Source of the DNA: the human T2T-CHM13v2.0 reference genome, Homo sapiens
Reading direction: 5' to 3' (one strand)
Length of the DNA: 64,000 nt
Assembly (NCBI RefSeq): GCF_009914755.1
Contig: NC_060928.1
Below are positions 54,550 through 64,000 of the stretch, piece after piece; within the stretch, counting starts at the first letter, position 1, and each line of letters starts with the position of its first letter. A program made the position numbers and the translations under genes. Below the pieces are notes generated by a model. It ran no database searches and was not told the origin of the DNA. It saw only the letters and a program-made list of their open reading frames with translations.

Positions 54550-55290
54550 GACCTGCTGGTAGTTGTTAATTGTCATGTGACCTTGGATGCCTTGTGATTC
54601 TTCTCCGAGTCTCAGATTTTTAATCTGGAAAACAAGGTCAAAATATTGTTTTAAAAACATGCCAGATACTATATAAGTGCTAGATAAAGAAATTAGAAAA
54701 TGTACATTGACAGATGCAAAAGAAAGTAAAATCGGATATGGTTGGTACTTGTAACTTCAAAAATGCCAAACAAATGTGGATTTCCTTTTTCTTCCCCATC
54801 ATATGTATACAGCACAACTCAAATTATCACCTTGGGGAAAAAAAGAAATGAAAAGTGGAAAAACTAATGAACAAACAACAAGAACAAAACTCCCTTTGAT
54901 GTCTAAGTAAAGAACTGATATTTTCCTTTCCTGGACTCCCATAACAGTTTGTAAACACCTGTCTTGTCATACTAATCATGTTGGATAATAATTGTTGTTA
55001 ATGCACCTGTTTTCCTCTCAAAAATAAGATTTATTTTCCTGGCTATGCATTTGATTTGTGTTTGCACTTCTAGTGCCAAGCACAAGAAATGTGCAATTTT
55101 CAATTTTGATGAAAAGCTACCATATGTAATTAGAGTAAATTAATGATCCCCATGGAAATAGTATTATTTCATACATTTTACATTGATAACCTGATACAGC
55201 TCAGATAAATGATGTGATTTGCCCACAGTCTTCCAGCTCATTTATAGCAGAGCTGGGATTCCAACCCCATGCCCTTTGAGTTTAAATAGC
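54550..55290. mobile_element. MIR / L2 / MIR fragments
   Basis: tgtgaccttgg..ctcagattt (54577); L2-like 54880-55110; atttgcccacagtc..cagagctgggattccaaccc (55217-55268). Confidence 0.55.
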
Positions 55291-56939
55291 ATACTATTTT
55301 AATACCAGCATTCTGAGAAGTGAGAACATGAAAGAAAGATGGGGCCAGACAGAAAGTCGTGTGGGTCTCTAGAAAGCAGGAGAGAGGGGTAAGTGAGTGC
55401 AGAATGATTCTGCTCCTGCCCATCTCATTCTCTGCATTTTCAAAGCAGGGTAAGTATGCACACAGTTCAGAATTACCTCCATAATTACACATAAATAAGT
55501 AGCCCAGTAATTAAAACATGAACTGCAAAATACCAGGGTAATCATTATCTTTGGTGATGGAAAGAGAAAATAAGATTGTACGTGGAGACTTCAGCTCTCT
55601 GTAATGATTTGTTGTTGTTTTTCTAAGAGCTGAAATGATAGCATTTGTTAAATTTAGATGACGAGTACACAGGTGTTGATGTATTCCATACTTTCCTCAA
55701 TATTTGAACTATTTCAATTTTTTTTTTTTTAAGACATGCAGTGTCTCTCCATTCTCTCGTCAGCACACAGGAATCTGGCGCCCTCACAAGTTCACACAAC
55801 AGAAAAACAGCAGGAAGAAAATGACTTTCAACCAAGACCAAAGGACAAAGTGAGGGGCGGCAAGATCCCAGCAGGAAGGGCAACAGGGTCTAGAAGAGAG
55901 TGAAATTCTTATGAGGAGAGTTGAATTTTAGGGTAGAGAGTTTCTGAGGGACAAACGGAAGGTCTACTCTTGGGAAGCCCCAGAAGTTTGGAAGGAAGGA
56001 CGGCCAGGCTTTGAGAGCTGTATCTGAACTTTTGAGATTGCTCTGCTTCCCAGAGGCAGTGGGGTAACTGTCCTACTGTTCAGTAATCAATCTTTATGGG
56101 AAGAGTCTTTCTTCTGCACTAGAAAAATTGAAATGCCCCCCAGAAAAAGAATTGGAAACTTTTCTTTCCTCTCTGTAAAAGCCTGATAATCCTCTGATAA
56201 ACTTCTCTAGGCAAAGAGAAAAAAACTTCCCCAGGCAAAGAGAACAAAAACTTCCCCATTTCCATTGCATATCAACATTAACAACAACATGTCAACGCGA
56301 ATGATTTTCTAAGCCTTAGAAAGCAATAAAAATGTGGAGACACAGCGCAACGCCCCTGAGATTATAACGCTCATATCTTATAGTTTTTAGCAACTATCTG
56401 TTGTGTGTTCACACTGGATAATATACATTTTTAGACATTCAGAATTGACACTCTTTCCTCCTTTATGCCAGAAAAATAGATGGTATTGACTCAATGCTGT
56501 CACCTTGTGGTCATATATCATCAGTCGTCTGAACTGGAGGATTTTTTTTTTCCTCCTTATCTCTTAGTTTGTGATTTCCCAGAGCAGAAGTGGTAATTAA
56601 CATTTATGGAGAAAGTCCTTTATTTTTTCTGATGAGATATCAGGTATTTTCATTAATTTTCACAATGCAATGAAACATCACCTTATTTTCTAGTCTTGTG
56701 GGGAATGGGGAACAGGCTGAAGGAGGATAGAAGTCTTGCAGAATGCCTTGGAGCCTGGCACTGTGGAGGTGAGATTTTAGACTCAGAACTTCTGATTCCA
56801 CATCCTCCTCTTTTCTCAGTGTACGGCATACCCCTAGGAAAACTTGTCTGTCTGTCTTACGAGACAACAAGCTACTAAGTTGTCATTTATATTTCTGGAA
56901 ATCAAATAGATATTTAAAATATCAGATAGATGCTTAAAA

Positions 56940-56966
56940 TTCATTCATTCATTCATTCATTCATTC
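56940..56966. repeat. (TTCA)n at an L2 tail
   Basis: Seen directly. Confidence 0.85.
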
Positions 56967-57306
56967 GTAAAACACATATTTGGCAACTACATGCTGCCAA
57001 AGCATTTTATTAGGTCATGCTGGAAATGGAAACTAATCACATAATATCAGCTCTTTGGTAACAGCCTAGAAAAGATGACCACAAGCAGAACTAAGACATC
57101 CTAAGCAGCAGCAAAGAGATCATCATGGCCACTGTGCAAATTTCACATTATAAAAAATGGTCACTTGGAAATAATTGAGCATTGAATTTAAATTCTCTGT
57201 GCAGCGGCCTCAGTTCTCTAATTTGATGTGTGAAAGGCTGGCAAGATATGCAGATGTGTCCCTTGCCCAAACCATTTGAGCATTTCAACTTACTTTGTTG
57301 TAGAGC

Positions 57307-57650
57307 TGTATTAGTTAGGTTAATTAATGCTAACTGCTGCCACAGAGAAGCCCAGAAATCTCAGTGGCTTCATGCAATAAAAGTTTGTTTTTCACTTGTA
57401 TCACAGTTTGATGTGGATTCAACAGCTGTTTTTTTATCTTGTACCTTGTTTCATCTTGAATCTCCATCTGGAAGGCATGACCCCCAAGGTTGCTGCAAAA
57501 GGGAGAGGAAAGAATGGGGGAGGCGTGCCAGGCCTAACAGTCACTTTGGTTTTCAGGCCATTGACTGGAATTGGTCCTGTGGCCCCATCTAATGGCAAGG
57601 GAGGCAGAGAAACAAGGGGAGTGGCATCAGATGCAGGGAGCCTAATTATA
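57307..57650 (-). mobile_element. Old MLT1 (J/K-like) LTR
   Basis: tgtattagttagg..aaatctcagtggctt..caataaaagttt. Confidence 0.6.
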
Positions 57651-57879
57651 CACCAGGGACAAAATCAACATAAGTGACAGGTTGCCTATGAGTTTGCATT
57701 CTCTGAAAACTTGGGCAAAATAATTATGAAAATCGGCAAATGAAAAAGAATGGAATAATCTCTTACTAGGAAAACACTGGTTGGTGAGTGGTAAATATCC
57801 ATTTTCATAAGGAATACTAATTCTTCCCTTAACATTGCACATTGCATTATGTCCGCTAGTGAAATAAAAATGCACACCT

Positions 57880-58287
<408 letters not shown>

Positions 58288-59369
58288 TTAAATAGGTTTT
58301 GTTGTTTTGTGGCTCTCGTTATAATTGTACTCACTGGTATGTCACACTTAATTGTGCCTACTGGTTTGTGGTTATATGAAGATGGCAAAATGGTTTTTGT
58401 TTCCCACACTGTCACACTTGCTGAAGGAAGAGAGAGACAGAGAGCGCACCAGAGAGAAAGAAAGATCTGTGTATGAAATCACACCCCCAAATTTATCAGC
58501 AGTATAAAATTATCATTGATCTGATTATTTAATTATATAAGTGATTGCATCTAAAGCCAGGTAGCTTGGGCTGCCTTCACTTTCTCCAAAACCCACATGT
58601 GTCTGAAGTCTTCTTAACCTCAACACAGAAGAAAGCCAGTTGGAATTAAATAACTATCAAGCCTAGGATGAAAATGGCAAGACCCCAGTTGGAAGAGGAT
58701 CAGGTCTAAATGACAATGTGAGAGTCAGGGAAAGATGAACCCCAAGGCAGAGCGTTTCTGAGGGTCCAAGAAAAGGCACCTCTTAGGCAGCCCCAAAAGT
58801 TGCAAGCAAAGCCCACCATGCCTTATTCTGTACATTTTTCAGGACCCCAGCTAACCACAAACATGATCTGCTTGCTTTCAATTTTTAGGGTTGATAGTGG
58901 AGCTTTCTATAGTGGAGCTGCTGAGACCATCCTGCCATTCCAAGATTAAGAGCACAGCAAAGGGCTTACATAACATAACATTTAGAAAATCAACCAAATG
59001 ACGTAGTAAGTTGCATACATGCTTTCAAGATCTAAAAGTGCTTTCCTTCATGGAGTACTCACCACAGGGTTTTTAGGTAAGCTAAAGCAGGTATACTAAG
59101 CCCGACTTTATAGACATGGACGATTAGCATTCGGAAAGATGTTGAAAGTAGTACAAATGGGTGAGACAGTTATAGAACCTGGGTCAACTAACAACCCCTT
59201 TCACACTGTGGTTTTAAAATATGTAAAAAAGAACAGTATTTGTTAAAACTTGGTGTAGGATTCTAGGCATTAGTTTTCAGAGCATATAAATCTCTACATC
59301 TGAAATTTATTAACGAGAAACACTACAGTGGATTCGCAAGTAAGCTATGCTCACTTGATGAAACATTAC

Positions 59370-59650
59370 AGAGGTATTAAAATAATCATCATAAATATTG
59401 AATTATAGTATAAAAATGCTTAAAATAGTAATAGTATGCGCAAATAGTAAGTGAAAAAACTCAGGATACAAAATTACAAGATCGCTGTATATAGGCCTAT
59501 AAAATATGGTTGTGTATAATGAAGACAGGAAGAAAATAAAACTCAACATTCATTGTGGTTGTGTTATGGTGGGATTAGGAATGCTTTTTTTCTTTTTTCT
59601 TTTCTTCTCTGAACTTCTGAAATATAATGCCTTTATAACTTTTAAAATAA
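59370..59650 (+). mobile_element. L1ME-type 3' fragment
   Basis: taagtgaaaaaa..caggatacaaaatt..tggtgggattag. Confidence 0.5.
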
Positions 59651-59919
59651 TAAAATTATTATTACTATTAGTAATTATATATTAAAATGTAATACAATTT
59701 TATGTATTTTACATGAATATACTACATTTAATTTTTTTTATTATTGTGGAAAACACCCAATGCCCCTTTACTGTGACTGATTGGAAGAATCAGCTACATT
59801 GAACTGAATTGAGGGACTACAATTTTGCTGTTATTGTGGTTGACTCAAAGTAGTCAATCGTGATTCAGAGTATTAAATCAGAACACAGGTTTTCTTAAGT
59901 CATGATAGGTAGTTAGGTG

Positions 59920-59959
<40 letters not shown>
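59920..59959. repeat. (GATA)10 tetranucleotide STR
   Basis: Counted directly. Confidence 0.95.
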
Positions 59960-61524
59960 TGCCTATATTCCACTTTAAAATACGAAGTTAGGGGGAAAAT
60001 GCCCTCAATATGTCATTGAGATATTTTCCTATCTTCTAAGATGTCTTTTACTTAGAATCCAAACGATATGAAACAATTTTGAAAATTCAGAAAAGCAGAT
60101 GTCATCACTCCTGACAGTGCCCTCATTCCTCTTTCTCCAGCATTTTTCATTTTTTCCCAGAGGAACTGCAGAGCCAAGCCCCTGGTAATGATCACCTGAG
60201 GTTTGGGATGATCTCATTAGTTCCAAGCAAGTGTTCAGCAAATGCTAAACAGGCATGCTGGGGAGCGCTGTTTGGAAGGTAATAAAACACTCATTAAGTC
60301 TGTGTGCCCATGGATAGCCTCCCAGTTTTGCTGATCTGCATGATGAATTTGCATATCCAGTTCTGAAATAGTAAATTATTCATAGTTGACACTGGAGGGG
60401 GAAACGACTGGAATCATTCCTATAATAATTGCTCTACTTTTGGGTGGGATGAGGTGGGGGAAGGAAATCTAACATGTCTCCCATTGTTGCTGCTTTCAAA
60501 GAGTGACCATATCCTTGAAAGCTCCACTAATAGAGAGAAAACGAGAGAAAATATAAATTAAAAAAAAAAAAGGGTTTTCAAATTTATTTTTTGTTAAACA
60601 GAAAGAAAGTGAAGAGGAAGGACGGAAAAGAAGGAGATGAGTGAGAAAATTCCTAAATCTCAAACGATCAGAATTTTTCAGCCACATTTCAAGGTTTTCA
60701 TACTTAAAAGTATTTTCTCCAAATTATCACTACCTGGGGAAGAAGTGCTTCCTGTCACCATGCTGCCTTTTATCAATAAGAAATAGAAGGTTACAAGATT
60801 TCAGTAAGAAATAAGGAAAAGAAGTTGTTTGTTGACTAAACCAATTTTAGGCTCAAAAGAGGACACAGGTTGTCAACCATGATTCTATTGTAATCACAGA
60901 AATGTCAATGTTGGTTGATAGATTAGTCAATTGTTGGATTCATTCATTCACTCAAGAAACACTGAGCACCAAACCTGTCAGAATATATATTTTATATATT
61001 TATATTCAGTCCTACACTTTACTTTTTTGTGTTCTTTCTGTGTGTGAGTTCCCAGCCATTCATTTATACAGCATTTGCTTATAACCTATTGTGTGACAGG
61101 CACTGTATTAGGCTTTATAGCTTTGTGGGTGAGAGACACACACCCATACTTGAAAGTAGTCAAATAGTCATATATTTATAAGCTAATTACATATAATATG
61201 AAGTATTCTTTCTTTCACTAATTTGACTACTACCAAGAAGACCTGAATACTTGGCATTTTAAATGACCCAAATGTATAAAAATATTAAACTTAAAGTATA
61301 ATAAAAAAAAAAAAATTAAAAAAAAAAAAAATATTAAAAGCAACCAGCAGAGGGCAGAACACCCTAACAAAAGGGAGACGTGTCTCAAGTCCTAATGCTC
61401 TCTCTTCAGGTGGTATTATTGCCTGGTTCATGCTAATTTCTTGGGATCTTGGGAACACCCTTACAGAACCCAAGATTTGGTTCAAGGGCTACCAAGGTCT
61501 CCTAACTGCTTGTCCATCACTACA

Positions 61525-61680
61525 TAGCCAGTATAATGGTTAGGAGCTCAAACTCAACAAAGACTTGGGTTTGAATCCTGTAATTTCCTTTACTGAAATG
61601 TGACCTAGGGTGAATTATTTAACATTGTGAACCTCAGTCTCCCGCTCTGAAAATGACAATTGTACTAATGCAGATTTTGT
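61525..61680 (+). mobile_element. MIR
   Basis: gggtttgaatcctg..tgtgacctaggg..aacctcagtctc..tgaaaatg. Confidence 0.75.
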
Positions 61681-61967
61681 TTCATTAATCCTCATTTTGT
61701 TGCATTAGTGATAAAGAGACTGTTAAGAGAACTAAAAGACAATATACCTAGTAAATATATCAATTAGATTATTATGTCAAATATTGAACTTTTGAGGTCA
61801 CTGTTGGGATCAGTCCTTGCTCCTTCAGCCTCATTGTGAAGAATAGGGAAATAAAGTTACTCTCTTTAGTAGCAAATTGGAGATTCAATTCTAGGAAGCA
61901 GGTAAATGAGGCAGCATTTACAGGAATTCTCCTGTATGCCAGGCTCTGTATCAGCCATTTTGGGCAT

Positions 61968-62317
61968 TGTCCATTTTCATGCTGCTGATAAAGACATACT
62001 CAAGACTGGGTAATTTATAAAGAAAAAGAGGTTTAATGGACTCACAGTTCCACATGGCTGGGGAGGCCTCACAATCATGGCAAAAAGCACATCTTACATG
62101 GCAGCAGATAAAGAGGAAATGAGAACCAAGTGAAAGGAGTTTCCCCTTATAAAACCATCAGCTCTCATGACACTTATTCACTACCATAAGAAAAGTATGG
62201 GGAAACCACCCCCATGATTCAAATTATCTCCCACTGGGTCCCTCCCATAACATGTGGGAATTATGGGAACCACAATTAAAGATGAGATTTGGGTGGGGAC
62301 ACAGCCAAACCAGATTA
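61968..62317 (-). mobile_element. THE1B-like solo LTR with 5-bp TSD, inserted in a MIR
   Basis: catgctgctgataaagacata..gatgagatttgggtggggacacagccaaacca; TSD ggcat at 61963-61967 and 62318-62322. Confidence 0.92.
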
Positions 62318-62607
62318 GGCATCATCTCTTTTAATGCTCAGAAAAAGCCATTAAGTAGGTATTATTCTAGGTTTATACATGAGGCAACTGAGGCTCAGAA
62401 AAGCCAGGTTATTTGACCAAAAATATAAACCTAACAAGCAGTTTAAAATGTGATTTAGCCCTAGGACCTTCTGACTGGAGAGTCCACATTTTTCTATTGC
62501 ACCACTAAGCTTACAGCAATGCCAGAATAACCTCTCAAAAGATTGACTTCAATCATTTAACTTCTTCACTGAAAACCCTTTATTGAATGGTTAATTGCTT
62601 GGATTAT

Positions 62608-62740
62608 TCATTCATTTGTTCAATAAGTATTTACTGAATACTGTGTGCTTTACTAGATGTTGAGATTTCAGAAAGGAAAAATAATACAGTCTTTCTTCTC
62701 AAGGAGCTAAACTTACTGGGGCCAAATATATCAACAATTA
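62608..62740 (-). mobile_element. L2 3' end
   Basis: ttcattcatttgttcaataagtatttactga. Confidence 0.7.
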
Positions 62741-62829
62741 TCATTCAGGAGTGAAAAATATATATTTTTTTAACTTGAATAATATGACATACAATATAAA
62801 AAGTCTTATTTTTTGAAGGTATAAGCCAG

Positions 62830-63250
62830 GGTGGGGGCTGCTCCAATCTCTTTTTAAGACAGTATCTGCTATGATGAGTGGCTGGCCGACAGCCTTCAGA
62901 TGTTACTTCCAGATCCACCAGGATGTTCACTCAAAGTCACACTCTCCTGGAGATGTGCCAGTCCAGGACACTCCTGCCCAATGCAGGACTCTTCTAATAG
63001 GCAGCCTCTACTCTAGACTCTCCTTTTGCCCTAGTGACACCTTCTAGGAGCTGCACTGTGGTCAGAAGCTCTTTCTTCCCAACCCATTCTCCCTCTCCCC
63101 GTTTGTAGGTATCAGAACTGCATCATGACCTAAAGGCTCTCCTTAACTTTCTCCTGTTCCCTCTACCCTTTATTCCTCATCAACACTTTCTCCAATAAAT
63201 CTCCTGCAACTGAATTCCATTATGGTATCCGCTTTTCAGAGGACCTGCGC
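62830..63250 (+). mobile_element. LTR16-like ERVL LTR
   Basis: gacagccttcag, cccaatgcaggactc, ccaataaatctcctgca..gcttttcagaggacc. Confidence 0.7.
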
Positions 63251-64000
63251 CATCACAGAGGCAAGTTGGCCAAATCTTCTTGGAAAAGTCAAAGATGAAT
63301 TGTCACAGAGGGCACTTGAGTTTAGATTGCAGGACTTCACAACTAACATAAAGCCCACTATGGCCCATAGAGTAAGAAGTCTGGAAGTCTGCAAATGGTG
63401 ACTTCTTTGATATACACACATACAGACACAGATACAGAAACACACACACAGACACACATCTTTGAGAATACAGTAGTTGTTTAATATGTCTCTTGAGAAA
63501 AGAAGTGACTGATCACGATGTCTAAAACAAACATGCAATGCCTGGAACAGGCAAGTCTTTTAACCCCCATGTCCTGTTCCTGCAGTTCCCTTTACCTGAT
63601 TGATCATTCTTACTCATCTCCAAGACCATCCTATGGCCACATCTCAAAAGACCATGCAAAATGAGGCCTCTCCTTTTAATTTTCACAGAACTGTGCTTGG
63701 GCCAGCCTTACCCACATTTTACTTGCCTCATAGTATACTTCCCACTACACACATGTAGTGTGTACTATTTCACAGGTAAATCTTAAAGTCTAATTCTAAG
63801 AGACCTAGCCATGCTCCAAGCCAGCTGGATGTGGAGGAATAGTAGGCAAGGAAAGAGGGAAGGAGAGACTGCCTGAACATTACATCATCAGGACCAGCCT
63901 TCACTTCATAAAGGTTATTAGACCAAGAGACAGCCCCTGACCCATCATAATTGTCTCGTGGCCAGTGAAGAAGCCTGACATATAAAGTTGTGTTCAAACA

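Noticed and set aside
63730-63768. Small hairpin cactaca-caca-tgtagtg with an imperfect outer stem
   Set aside because: Too short to exceed chance expectation or to be a pre-miRNA.

Overview
This is AT-rich, non-coding primate genomic DNA, most likely human, judged from AluJ/S/Y, L1PA/L1PB and THE1/MST elements. It looks like a large intron or gene desert. I find no intact protein-coding gene, RNA gene or CRISPR-like array. The supplied ORFs come from Alu, L1, LTR or tandem-repeat sequence, or are chance ORFs. Much of the window is nested transposon debris. I cannot support a new biological system here. The best leads are: (1) a 5'-truncated class III (ERVL-type) pol fragment joined to a gamma-type env remnant and a complete LTR, sitting inside an old L1 between 14-bp near-perfect direct repeats, which is not an integrase-type insertion; (2) an ancient ~290-bp paralogous pair 8.75 kb apart with a better-conserved core; (3) a ~200-bp local templated insertion into an MST LTR, plus other template-switch scars; (4) a 2.5-kb AT-rich minisatellite containing a 108-bp perfect palindrome; (5) a ~59-bp VNTR with higher-order structure; and (6) several motif-dense unique islands that may be enhancers or a CTCF site. 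Repeat subfamily names are from recalled consensus sequences, and boundaries are approximate unless a TSD is given.
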